From positions 2,135-66,134 of the forward strand of contig LJUW01000006.1 of the NCBI GenBank assembly GCA_001304315.1: a stretch of DNA of 64,000 nt, in the 5' to 3' direction. The DNA comes from a candidate division Zixibacteria bacterium SM23_73_2. Its GTDB lineage: Bacteria; Zixibacteria; MSB-5A5; SM23-73-2. The position numbers and the translations under genes are program-made. Of this stretch, positions 10,120 to 19,367 are shown piece after piece. The notes under the pieces were generated by a model. That model was not told the origin of the DNA, made no database searches, and worked only from the letters and a program-made list of their open reading frames with translations. The stretch's first letter is position 1; the number at the start of each line of letters is the position of its first letter.

Positions 10120-10388
10120 CCTTTAAAATATAATTGCGAGCGGAGAGAAGCAATCTTTTCTTCCAAGGAGTTGGAGAGAAAATCCCAAATTTGTTTCAAT
10201 TCGGGTTGTGTAATAATATAATGTGAGTAGTTATCCTTCCGGGCAAAAGTAAAGATTCCACCAATTAGAGTCCCCTTAAATTGTGATTGTTGTTCATAAA
10301 TTCAGCTTGCTTTTCTGAGAAAAATTATTATATTGAATACAGAGGGAAAGCGATTGACTGGGTATTAATTTTTTGAAAGGATTATAAA

Positions 10389-10787
10389 ATGAGATTAAAA
10401 AAATCGATGGTATTCAGGATTTTGTTTGTTCTTTTAATTTTATGGATTGGCTCAGCCTATGCTGGGAACGTAACCCAACAGACAGTTACTCTTAAAATTG
10501 ATCCGATAAACCTGATTCAGGTAAGGGATGATCTTTCTTCTTGGTCAATTACTACCAATGAGGTTAATAAAAGGGTTATGGGAAGGATCAAAACATCAGG
10601 GATTGTTTTAAGTTTAAAATTTGAGGCTCCTTCGAATGGCATATCAGAGGGCTTTGTAACTTTAACCAGCGAAATGCAATGTTTGGTGAAAAATATCAGT
10701 AAGGTCGCTGAAAGTGATTTAAAAATATCTTGCGAGGATTTATCTGACATAGAAGGAGCTGAGCTGGAGTTCATGCTTACAGATTAG
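10389..10787 (+). CDS. Small secreted hypothetical protein, beta-rich
   Basis: Signal peptide ending AYA-G; RBS-like gaaagga upstream; promoter TTGCTT-N16-TATATT at 10307-10334. Confidence 0.65.
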   Translation: MRLKKSMVFRILFVLLILWIGSAYAGNVTQQTVTLKIDPINLIQVRDDLSSWSITTNEVNKRVMGRIKTSGIVLSLKFEAPSNGISEGFVTLTSEMQCLVKNISKVAESDLKISCEDLSDIEGAELEFMLTD

Positions 10788-10963
10788 ATAATTGGGGGGG
10801 AACGACTTTCCCTATCTCTATCCAACTACCTGTATAGAAAAGTATTCTTTTTTTTAGAGATTTCTCAATGGGGGAGAGGGGGTTTATTTCATCTGTTTCA
10901 ATTTTGTTTAAATTGGGATTGTTTTTTTCCTGGGTTTTTATGCGATAACCAAGCAGATTTCCC

Positions 10964-10991
10964 TTGACATTTTATGTTTTTTATTTATAAT
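10964..10991 (+). promoter_or_regulatory. Sigma-70-type promoter
   Basis: TTGACA-N16-TATAAT upstream of the 11120 ORF. Confidence 0.7.
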
Positions 10992-11119
10992 GCTATTAAG
11001 TTTAAGTAAACTGTATTCAGCGAATTTGGTCAGCCTCAATGAAGGCATAAAGACGACCAAATAACTTTTTACTTGGCAATTTGATTTTGGTTAACTGAAC
11101 AAAAAGGAAGGAGGTTTTA

Positions 11120-12001
11120 ATGCGCACTTTTTTAATGATCTTCACCGCAGTTGCTCTGGTCGTTGGTTACATATCTGCACCTGCTGTGGCTGACTGGTTT
11201 CCCGAGGACGGTCATAAGATGCATTTCCCACAGCTACCGGATCCGGTGGGATGGGACGTGAATGCGAGCTGGCCCGTAGTCCTGGCAGATGACTGGGAGT
11301 GCAGTCAAAGCGGCTGGGTCCAAGACATCCACTTCTGGGGCTCACACCGGTTCGATTTAGCCCTCCCCATCACAGCCTTTGACCTGGTGATCTACAGCAA
11401 TATCCCGGGTCCGCCCAGCAAGCCGGGCGAACCACTGTGGGTGTATCGGGCATATCAATTCCTGACGATTGAGTGGGGTTATTCACCTCAAGGGTGGTAT
11501 AATCCCGCGACCGGCGAAGTCTACCCGGAAGACCATTTTGGCATTTACCAGTACAACATCTTTCTCGATTCATTGGATTGGTTCTGGCAGGAAAAAGGAA
11601 ACATATACTGGTTGAGCATTGCCGCCACTCCCATGATCCCCGAGTTCCCCTGGGGTTGGAAATCGTCGGTGGAACATTTTATGGATAATGCGACCTTCTC
11701 CGTAGACCCCAACTACTTCTGGGAACCCCTGTTCGAGCCGCTGCCACCATATGAGCCGCTCGACCTGGCCTTTGTGATCAACGGCAGAGGGATTTGTGGC
11801 GATGTGAATGGAGATGGACAAATCAACCTGTCCGATCCCATCTGCCTTGCGGATCATTACTTCGGTGGATCTTGCGAGATTGATCCCTGGGCATCGGATG
11901 TTAACTGTGACGCTGGTGTTAATCTTGGGGATGCGATAATAATAGCTAAGGTATACTTCGGAAAGCCGGGATTTTCGTTGAACTGCTGCCCTTCACGTTA
12001 A
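11120..12001 (+). CDS. Secreted protein: uncharacterised Trp/Pro-rich domain plus C-terminal type-I dockerin
   Basis: Strong RBS ggaaggagg; signal peptide ending AVA-D; duplicated loops CGDVNGDGQINLSD and DVNCDAGVNLGD. Confidence 0.8.
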   Translation: MRTFLMIFTAVALVVGYISAPAVADWFPEDGHKMHFPQLPDPVGWDVNASWPVVLADDWECSQSGWVQDIHFWGSHRFDLALPITAFDLVIYSNIPGPPSKPGEPLWVYRAYQFLTIEWGYSPQGWYNPATGEVYPEDHFGIYQYNIFLDSLDWFWQEKGNIYWLSIAATPMIPEFPWGWKSSVEHFMDNATFSVDPNYFWEPLFEPLPPYEPLDLAFVINGRGICGDVNGDGQINLSDPICLADHYFGGSCEIDPWASDVNCDAGVNLGDAIIIAKVYFGKPGFSLNCCPSR

Positions 12002-12020
12002 ATCCCAAAGATAACTACTT

Positions 12021-12059
12021 AAAATCCCAGTCCCTTTTCAGAGGCTGGGGTTTTCTTTT
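12021..12059 (+). terminator. Intrinsic terminator
   Basis: aaaatcccag ... ctggggtttt stem followed by a T-rich run, just after the 12001 stop. Confidence 0.55.
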
Positions 12060-12296
12060 GTGAATATCTTGGCAAGTTTTAAACAATCATTACCATAATC
12101 GCTTTGGAATTCCCAGCAGTTTCACGCGCATAAGGGATCCCTTATTGAGAACTAATCTCTTGGTAGATCCTCAGCAAAAATTGTTTCAATTTTGTTTCAA
12201 TTGGAGTTATGTTTTCTTGTGTTTTTACAGATTACCACAAAAATACTTATAAACTGCTAAATCTTTGCAGGAGTTTGGGAAAGCCCATAAAATAAA

Positions 12297-12382
12297 TGCC
12301 GGAGGTCGGAGTCGAACCGACACGAGGTTTGAGCCTCACCGGATTTTGAGTCCGGCGCGTCTACCAATTCCACCACTCCGGC
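12297..12382 (-). tRNA. tRNA-Leu(CAA), CCA not encoded
   Basis: Reverse complement gccggagtggtggaattggtagacgcgccggactcaaaatccggtgaggctcaaacctcgtgtcggttcgactccgacctccggca: D-arm TGGTAGAC, anticodon stem ccgga/tccgg around CAA, long variable arm, TTCGA T-loop. Confidence 0.96.
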
Positions 12383-12586
12383 TTTTATCAACTCGCTTAT
12401 GAATATTAAATCAGTGCTTTGAAAAAGTCAAGTGTTTTTACAAAATTCAATTAAATGCTTTTTTGATCTTAAATTCGTCTTGAAAGAGAGTTTTGATGAG
12501 TTGTTTTTAAGTTTTATAAAACTGATTTCAGATGAGGGAGATGTCCTCGGGACTGGGGAAATACGAGTGATTTGATAGCTATTTTT

Positions 12587-12609
12587 CGCAGGCTGAAGCC
12601 TGCGGCTAC
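12587..12609 (-). repeat. GTAG-tagged REP-like hairpin cgcaggct-ga-agcctgcg
   Basis: Identical 18-bp palindrome at 35516-35533; both are followed by NCTAC. Confidence 0.75.
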
Positions 12610-12653
12610 CCTATCTTTTAAGCTTTAACGTTGAATTAACTCTTTTTTATTAA

Positions 12654-12689
12654 CCTCACCCCTTGCCCTCTCCATAAATGGAGAGGGTG
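12654..12689. repeat. Palindromic element cctcacc...ccctctccat-aa-atggagaggg
   Basis: 10-bp perfect stem; could also serve as terminator for the minus-strand MBL gene. Confidence 0.5.
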
Positions 12690-12721
12690 AAAGATATAAA
12701 TTCTACTGATGAGTTTTTTGT

Positions 12722-13504
12722 TTAATTTAGTTCCTTTTCCAGTTCGAGGTTTAATCCATCCCTTGCGGATATGACTTTTAGTCCAATCTCAGATGATAGT
12801 CTTTCCGCAAGGTCCCAGGGTTTGGCTTTTACCATGGTCATACCGAAGTGGGTTAAAATAGCTAATTTGGGCCTGATCTTTTGAATAAGCTCTTTGGCAT
12901 CTTCCAAGTTAAGATGATCAAGTTTTAAGCTTGTCTTATCCCTTATATGTCTTACCACGTTTAGTATGATAATGTCACTGTCAGAATATGCTTTAATCAA
13001 TTCCGGAAAAAACTTTGTATCCACGATCAGTGATATTTTGTATTTGGATGATTCAAACCTTATTCCGTATGTTTCAACTCCATGAACGTGCTTCAATGGA
13101 GTATAAAAATTTACATTTCCCAAGGAGTAATTACCGCCCTGCTTGAGAATGTGAATTCTCTCAACGAAATCCCTTAAGTATTTTAAAACAACCGGGTCAT
13201 CCTCCAATGCATCCTGGGGAGCAAAGATCTCTCCTCTTTTTTTAAACCCTCCCTCGGTCATAGCCTCGATCATAACGTTTATGTCTGAGGAGTGGTCTAA
13301 ATGTTTATGGGTCAGAATTATCCCATCCAGAGTTAGGGGATCGAGTTTGGGTTTTGAGGATGCGCATTTGACCAGAGTTCCCGGACCCGGATCGACTAAA
13401 ACGTTAGTATCATTCAGGGTGATCCAGATACCTCCGGAGGAGCGAATCTGTTTGGTTACAACGAACCTTGCCCCAGCGGTTCCTAAAAATTTTATCCGAT
13501 CCAA
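12722..13504 (-). CDS. MBL-fold metallo-hydrolase
   Basis: IKFLGTAG, LVDPGPG, THKHLDHSSD (HxHxDH) and LTHFG motifs. Confidence 0.88.
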   Translation of the reverse strand: MDRIKFLGTAGARFVVTKQIRSSGGIWITLNDTNVLVDPGPGTLVKCASSKPKLDPLTLDGIILTHKHLDHSSDINVMIEAMTEGGFKKRGEIFAPQDALEDDPVVLKYLRDFVERIHILKQGGNYSLGNVNFYTPLKHVHGVETYGIRFESSKYKISLIVDTKFFPELIKAYSDSDIIILNVVRHIRDKTSLKLDHLNLEDAKELIQKIRPKLAILTHFGMTMVKAKPWDLAERLSSEIGLKVISARDGLNLELEKELN

Positions 13505-13516
13505 AGCTTTATTTAG

Positions 13517-14863
13517 TTATTCCTTATCTATCCCGTATTCCTTCATCTTCAGCCTGAGGGTGTTCCGATGAATGCCTAAAACATCTGCTGTTTTGCCTAA
13601 ATTCCATTCGGTCTTTTTAAGTATTTCTATTATGTGATTTTTCTCCATCTCCTTCAAAGAGAGGTCATCTTTTTTTTCAACCTTGCTTTTTCCAAAGGTG
13701 AGGGAAGAAAGGTCAGCTTCATCCAGAGCTTCTCCCCTTGAGAGAACAACTCCCCTCTCAATGATATTCTCCAGTTCCCTTATGTTTCCGGGCCAGTCAT
13801 AGGTCAGAAGAATATCCTTTGCCTTATGGGTGATGCCTTTCACATTTTTTCCACATTTTCTGTTGGATTTCTCCAAGAAGTATGTGACCAAAGAGATTAC
13901 ATCTTCTTTTCTATCTCTTAAGGGAGGGATGAAAACAGAGATGACATTAAGCCTGAAAAAGAGGTCTTCCCTGAAGGTTTTCTCACCTATCTTTTTCTCC
14001 AGTTCCTGATTGGTTGCTGATATTATCCTGACGTCAACATCTATTGTGTCCTCCCCTCCCAATCTTTCGAATTTTTTTGACTCCAGAACTCTTAAAAGCT
14101 TAACCTGGATTTGCAGGGGGAGGTCACCGATCTCATCCAAAAATAAAGTTCCCTTGTCAGCCAATTCAAACCTTCCCTCTTTTTTCTTTACCGCACCGGT
14201 GAAGGCGCCCTTCTCGTAGCCGAAAAGCTCTGATTCCAGAAGGGTCTCCGGTAAGGCTGCGCAGGATATGGGGACGAATCTATTCCCTTTCCTTTTGCTT
14301 AAATAATGAATTGCCCGGGCAACCAGCTCCTTTCCGGTCCCTGACTCCCCTCTGATCAGAATAGTTGAATCTGTGGTAGCTACCCTTGCTACTGTGCTTA
14401 AGACCTCCTTTATGGCTTTGCTTTCGCCGATTATCTTTAAATTCTTGTATCTTTCCTCCAGCTCCTCTTTTAAATACTTATTCTCAGCTATTATCTTCTG
14501 TTCTTCAGAAGCTTTTTTGATATTAAGGCTCAACTCCTCCAGATCCACGGGTTTGTTAACGTAATGAAAAGCTCCCTTTTTCATCGCCTCCACTGCGGAC
14601 TCAACCGTTCCATAAGCGGTCATCATTATCACCTGAATCTCAGGATTTGTTCTTTTTAACCTATCCAGAAGTTCCAATCCATCCATCCCCGGCATCTTGA
14701 TGTCAACCAGAGCCAGCTCGAAGCTTTTACCTTCACATATTTTTAAAGCGGCTTCCCCTGAATCGGCGGTCGTTACCAAATGTCCCTCTTTTATAAGAAA
14801 TCCGGAGAGCATGTCCAGCTGGGACTTTTCGTCATCTACTATGAGTATTCTGAAAAGTGGCAT
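13517..14863 (-). CDS. Sigma-54-dependent response regulator (NtrC/AtoC/ZraR family)
   Basis: Receiver domain (VDDE, DIKMPGMDG), Walker A GESGTGKE, intact GAFTGA loop, Fis-type HTH at the C-terminus. Confidence 0.93.
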   Translation of the reverse strand: MPLFRILIVDDEKSQLDMLSGFLIKEGHLVTTADSGEAALKICEGKSFELALVDIKMPGMDGLELLDRLKRTNPEIQVIMMTAYGTVESAVEAMKKGAFHYVNKPVDLEELSLNIKKASEEQKIIAENKYLKEELEERYKNLKIIGESKAIKEVLSTVARVATTDSTILIRGESGTGKELVARAIHYLSKRKGNRFVPISCAALPETLLESELFGYEKGAFTGAVKKKEGRFELADKGTLFLDEIGDLPLQIQVKLLRVLESKKFERLGGEDTIDVDVRIISATNQELEKKIGEKTFREDLFFRLNVISVFIPPLRDRKEDVISLVTYFLEKSNRKCGKNVKGITHKAKDILLTYDWPGNIRELENIIERGVVLSRGEALDEADLSSLTFGKSKVEKKDDLSLKEMEKNHIIEILKKTEWNLGKTADVLGIHRNTLRLKMKEYGIDKE

Positions 14864-15078
14864 AAATTTACCTTTTTATGAATATACAAACAAGTTTTTC
14901 AATGGCAAGTGATTTAAAAGATTAAGGATAGAAATTTTATTTAGAAAATCCATTAAAAGACTAAAAAATCACTTGATTTTTAATATTTAAAAGATAAATT
15001 ATAAAGATTTTCGTAAATTTAAAATTAGGTTAAATGCCCAAAGTTCAGGCATAAAAATTCTTAACGGAGGTAAACAAA

Positions 15079-16209
15079 ATGGCAGATAAAAAGGCTGATC
15101 TGGCTGGACCAGGGATAGGGGACTATAAAGAACTGGAGAAGATTTTGCCCAATGATTACAGCCCGATATTGAATCACCGGGAGACGATGAAAGCTCTCTT
15201 TGGGGTGAAAAGCTATATCGAGGAGAATCTGTGCAAGGAGCTTAACCTTTTGATGGTTCAGGTTCCTTTGATCGTTGACATTAAAAGCGGGGTCAACGAT
15301 ATGCTGGATAGGGATGGTTCGCGAACTCCGATCCAATTTCACATCTCCAATGATTATAACAAAAATCCCATCGATGCCCAGGTGGTGCAAGCAGCGACCA
15401 AATGGAAAAGGGTTGCGCTGAAGCAGTATGGGATGAGGGTGGGGGAGGGTATATGTACCGATATGAAGGCGGTGCGGAAGGACTACTTTTTGGATCACGA
15501 TCACAGCGCCTATGTGGACCAGTGGGATTGGGAGCTGGTGATAACCGAGAAACAGCGCAGCTTGGATTTCTTAAAAGAGGTGGTGAAAAAAATCTGGAAG
15601 GTTTTGAAAGGTGCTGAAAATTTTGCACAGGAGATGTACCCCCAGCTTAAAACCGATAAATATCCAGACCTTCCGGATGAGCTTACGTTCCTGCATGCTG
15701 AAGATATCCTGGACAAATTCCCGGATATGCCCCGTAAGCAGAGGGAGACTGCTATCGTTCAGGAGTATCCCGCAGTGTTTATCATTGGGGTAGGATGGGT
15801 GCTCAAGGATGGTTACCCTCATGAGATGAGGGCGGCAGACTACGATGACTGGGTAACAGAAACCGTATCCGAGGAAGGCAGGCCTATGCACGGTTTGAAC
15901 GGCGATATTCTGGTATGGAATCCGGTGACCAAAAGAAGGCACGAGCTGACCTCTATGGGCATCCGGGTCAATGCCGAAACTCTCAAAAAACAGCTTGAGA
16001 TTACAGGCCAGCTTAATTTCCTTGATTTGCCTTACCACCAGGGAATCTTGAACAAACAACTTCCTCTCACCATCGGTGGCGGCATCGGGCAGTCCCGCAC
16101 CTATATGCAGCTTCTCAAGAAGGCTCATCTGGGTGAGGTGAGCGTTACCGTATGGCCCCAGATCTTAAAGGATATGAGCGCTAAAAGGAACATTCACGTG
16201 CTGGAGTAA
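15079..16209 (+). CDS. asnA: Aspartate--ammonia ligase
   Basis: VVQAATKWKR, HSAYVDQWDWE, RAADYDDW, GLNGDILVWNP, ELTSMGIRV and TIGGGIGQSR motifs. Confidence 0.93.
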   Translation: MADKKADLAGPGIGDYKELEKILPNDYSPILNHRETMKALFGVKSYIEENLCKELNLLMVQVPLIVDIKSGVNDMLDRDGSRTPIQFHISNDYNKNPIDAQVVQAATKWKRVALKQYGMRVGEGICTDMKAVRKDYFLDHDHSAYVDQWDWELVITEKQRSLDFLKEVVKKIWKVLKGAENFAQEMYPQLKTDKYPDLPDELTFLHAEDILDKFPDMPRKQRETAIVQEYPAVFIIGVGWVLKDGYPHEMRAADYDDWVTETVSEEGRPMHGLNGDILVWNPVTKRRHELTSMGIRVNAETLKKQLEITGQLNFLDLPYHQGILNKQLPLTIGGGIGQSRTYMQLLKKAHLGEVSVTVWPQILKDMSAKRNIHVLE

Positions 16210-16252
16210 AAAGAATTTACACCAGTTATATTTTCCACATTGTATGGAAAAG

Positions 16253-16287
16253 CGAGTTGCCAGAAAGGTGGCAACTCGTTTTTTTTT
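16253..16287 (+). terminator. Intrinsic terminator of asnA
   Basis: cgagttgcca-gaaagg-tggcaactcg followed by T9. Confidence 0.85.
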
Positions 16288-16651
16288 ATCACTTTATCCA
16301 CTTTCTCATAAAAAAACATTGATTTTCGTTAAGGGAGAGGATAGATTGTTGATGCATCGGTATTGGGAAATGCCGATGCAATTAGCTTCGGGAATTCCTA
16401 TTCTCGAAGCATCAAAAGACTTCGGAAACAACCCCAATATTTACATTACTTTTTTTGTAATTTCGGAAATTTTTCATTGACAAGATACAAAAATCGTTTA
16501 TATTTATTATAAGAAGGATTTTAATATTCTACTCTTTATTAATTCTTGTACTTCTTACTCTATTTGGGAAAGAAATCGATAAAAAAATTCGACGGGTGAT
16601 TGAAGATATAGAAAGATGATTTGTAATTAATTTTAAACACGGGAGGTTGAG

Positions 16652-17377
16652 ATGTTTATTAAAAATTTTTCCCGGTGGGCAAAAGCACTGTTTTTTCTTT
16701 CGATCTTTTTTGTTTTCTCATTGACTGCGTTTTATGGTCTTTCCACTTCGGGCGATTTTCTATGCGGAGATGTGGATGCAGATGAAGAAGTGACTTTGGG
16801 AGACGTTCTCTACATAGCCAATTATTTCCTGAAGGGTGGACCCGAGCCTGTTCCTCTGGATTGTGCGGATGTCAACTGCGATCAGCAGGTAAATATCGGG
16901 GACGTCATTTATCTGGCAAACTTTCTTTTGAAAGGTGGTTTTTCACCCTGTTGGGCCGAGAGAACAGTTGATTTCGAGGGCTGCAAAACATTCGAAAGAG
17001 GCGAGGCAGACACCATTCCACTTGATCAGGATTGCATCGAATACGGGTATGATGGTGAGAGTGTTTTATCGATCAAGCGTATAAATGCGGGATTTAACTG
17101 CTGTCCTGGAGTGATTAAAGCTTTTGTGGACATTGAGGGCGACGTTATAACGATAGAGGAAAAGGAATTTTATGATGATACCGGACCATGTTATTGCCTG
17201 TGCCTTTTCGATCTGGATTTCGATATAACCGAGATCAACCCTGGCGTATATACCATAAAGGTGATCGAACTTTACCTGTCTGCTGGTGACGAGCCTTTAG
17301 AATTTTCCGTTGATCTTACTAATTCTAATTCTGGTATCTTTTGCGTTAAGAGGTCCGTTTATCCCTGGATGCCTTGA
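16652..17377 (+). CDS. Secreted protein: N-terminal dockerin plus Cys-rich uncharacterised domain (paralogue A)
   Basis: RBS ggaggt; signal peptide; CGDVDADEEVTLGD / DVNCDQQVNIGD loops; NAGFNCCP and CYCLCLFDLDF motifs. Confidence 0.8.
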   Translation: MFIKNFSRWAKALFFLSIFFVFSLTAFYGLSTSGDFLCGDVDADEEVTLGDVLYIANYFLKGGPEPVPLDCADVNCDQQVNIGDVIYLANFLLKGGFSPCWAERTVDFEGCKTFERGEADTIPLDQDCIEYGYDGESVLSIKRINAGFNCCPGVIKAFVDIEGDVITIEEKEFYDDTGPCYCLCLFDLDFDITEINPGVYTIKVIELYLSAGDEPLEFSVDLTNSNSGIFCVKRSVYPWMP

Positions 17378-17472
17378 GAATTGGTGAACAAAACTCTTGT
17401 GGAATCGATAATGGAATAAGTGTCCGGAAGAATGTGAAGTTACTGTTTTCGAGAATCTAAAAGGAGGAGAGA

Positions 17473-18189
17473 ATGAGGCTGAACCGCTCGGTTTTATTGC
17501 CCGAGCTTGGGATTACTTTGATTTTTCTTTTAGTTTTATCATTCACAGTATATGATAATCTTTATTCTGAAGGTTTTTTGTGCGGGGATGCTGATACTAA
17601 TGGTGAAGTGAACCTCAGCGACGTTTTATACATTGCCAACTATTGTCTGAAAGGTGGACTCCAGCCTGTTCCTTTACAATCCGCTGACGTGAACTGTGAC
17701 GGTGAGGTTAACCTGTCTGACGTGATTTATCTGGCGAATTACTTACTGAAAAGCGGATCTCCACCCTGCTGGTTTGAGGTATCTAACACTTCCCAGGGCT
17801 GCAAGACTTTCCAGAAAATTGAGGGGGATATAGTGCCTCCAGATCAGGACTGCATAGAGTATACATACGACGAGGAAAGTGTTTTATCGATCAAGCATTT
17901 AAATGCCGGATTCAACTGCTGTCCCGAGAAGATTAAGATTTTTGTAAACATCCAGAACAGTATAATCACCATTGAGGAGAAGGAGTATAACGGACTTTGC
18001 GATTGCAATTGCCTTTTCGATCTGGATTTTGATATAGAAAACGTTGTCCCTGGAGAGTTTACCATAAAGGTAATCGAGCCCTATCTTCCGTCTGGTGATC
18101 AGCTTTTGGAATTTTATGTTGATCTTTCCTATTCAACCTCAGGCATTTTTTGTGTGGAAAGAACCTGTTATCCCTGGGGGGATTGGTAG
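17473..18189 (+). CDS. Secreted protein: N-terminal dockerin plus Cys-rich uncharacterised domain (paralogue B)
   Basis: RBS aaggagg; CGDADTNGEVNLSD / DVNCDGEVNLSD loops; collinear with paralogue A over the whole mature chain. Confidence 0.8.
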   Translation: MRLNRSVLLPELGITLIFLLVLSFTVYDNLYSEGFLCGDADTNGEVNLSDVLYIANYCLKGGLQPVPLQSADVNCDGEVNLSDVIYLANYLLKSGSPPCWFEVSNTSQGCKTFQKIEGDIVPPDQDCIEYTYDEESVLSIKHLNAGFNCCPEKIKIFVNIQNSIITIEEKEYNGLCDCNCLFDLDFDIENVVPGEFTIKVIEPYLPSGDQLLEFYVDLSYSTSGIFCVERTCYPWGDW

Positions 18190-18246
18190 GGATGTTATTT
18201 ATTGGTAAATAGATTTGTTCGTGTTGTAAAATTTTAAACGGTTTAA

Positions 18247-18300
18247 GGACAGACAGGAATGTCTGTCCTGTTTTTTTAAGATTTAAAAATCTGTCCCTAC
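18247..18300. repeat. REP-like palindrome ggacagaca-ggaa-tgtctgtcc plus partial ctgtccctac
   Basis: 9-bp perfect stem followed by a T run; also a plausible terminator. Confidence 0.55.
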
Positions 18301-18506
18301 GTTTTTTTGAGACTTTCACTCTAACCTTACTTATCCATAAAATTTGAATATTATTTTAATTGAAAATTTTAAGTTTAAAACTATATTTATAACACGCTGA
18401 TTCTGTTCTAAGTAAATTAGCTTTTATTAGGTAAAAAATGCTAACATAATTATATGATAATTAATGACGAATGATTGATGATTAATGCATTCAGTAAGGA
18501 GGATTA

Positions 18507-19259
18507 ATGATAAACTTGAAAAGTAAAGTAGCTTTGATCACCGGCGCATCCAGAGGGATTGGAAAAGAAACGGCTTTGCTTTTTGCAAGTGTCGGTTGCG
18601 ATCTTGTTATCAACTATAATAAAAGCAAAAGTTCTGCTGAAGAAACTTCGAATCAGGTGAGAAAATACGGGATTAAAGCAGAAATCTTTAAAGCGGATAT
18701 TGGAAGTTATTCTGAGGTTTTGAGGTTAGTGGATTTCGGCATGGATAAATTTAAAAAGATTGATATCCTGGTTAACAATGCTGGAATCTGGGAATATTCC
18801 AGAATAGATGAGCTGACCCCGGATAAGCTTGAAAAGACCATGAGGATTAATTTAAGTGGTGTGTTTTACCTGACACAAAAAGTATCCAGGGTTATGATAA
18901 AGCAAAAGTATGGTAACATAATAAACGTCTCTTCCACCGCAGGGCAGAGAGGCGAGCCCTTTCATTCCCATTATGCTGCATCCAAGGGCGCAGTGATAAG
19001 TTTAACCAAATCTCTAGCAGTCGAGCTGGCTCCTTATAATATCAGGGTAAACTGCGTGGCTCCCGGATGGGTGGATACTGACATGAGCCACCAGGCTCTT
19101 TTGGATGAGAAAGAAGAGATTTTAGGCAAAATACCACTGGGAAGAGCTGCCAAGCCGGAGGAGATCGCTGGACCGATTCTTTTTTTAGCATCAGATCTTT
19201 CATCCTTTGTAAACGGCGAGATTTTAAACGTGAACGGAGGAGCGGTTTTGTGTGGATGA
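18507..19259 (+). CDS. SDR family oxidoreductase (FabG-like)
   Basis: TGASRGIG, NNAG, YAASK and VNCVAPG motifs. Confidence 0.9.
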   Translation: MINLKSKVALITGASRGIGKETALLFASVGCDLVINYNKSKSSAEETSNQVRKYGIKAEIFKADIGSYSEVLRLVDFGMDKFKKIDILVNNAGIWEYSRIDELTPDKLEKTMRINLSGVFYLTQKVSRVMIKQKYGNIINVSSTAGQRGEPFHSHYAASKGAVISLTKSLAVELAPYNIRVNCVAPGWVDTDMSHQALLDEKEEILGKIPLGRAAKPEEIAGPILFLASDLSSFVNGEILNVNGGAVLCG

Positions 19260-19367
19260 TTTTCGTCGGATCTGGATATTAAACTATATTTTTAAATGAA
19301 TTTCAAGATTACCAGCAAGACCTGTGAATTTTCGTTTGATTAGAAATTAATAAATTTTGGAGGAAAA

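Noticed and set aside
12297-12320. Possible att duplication of the tRNA-Leu 3' end marking an intact island
   Set aside because: No second copy of tgccggaggtcggagtcgaa and no integrase was found in the window by eye.
16244-16480. 78-aa ORF after asnA
   Set aside because: It spans the asnA terminator and the next promoter; no RBS or motif.
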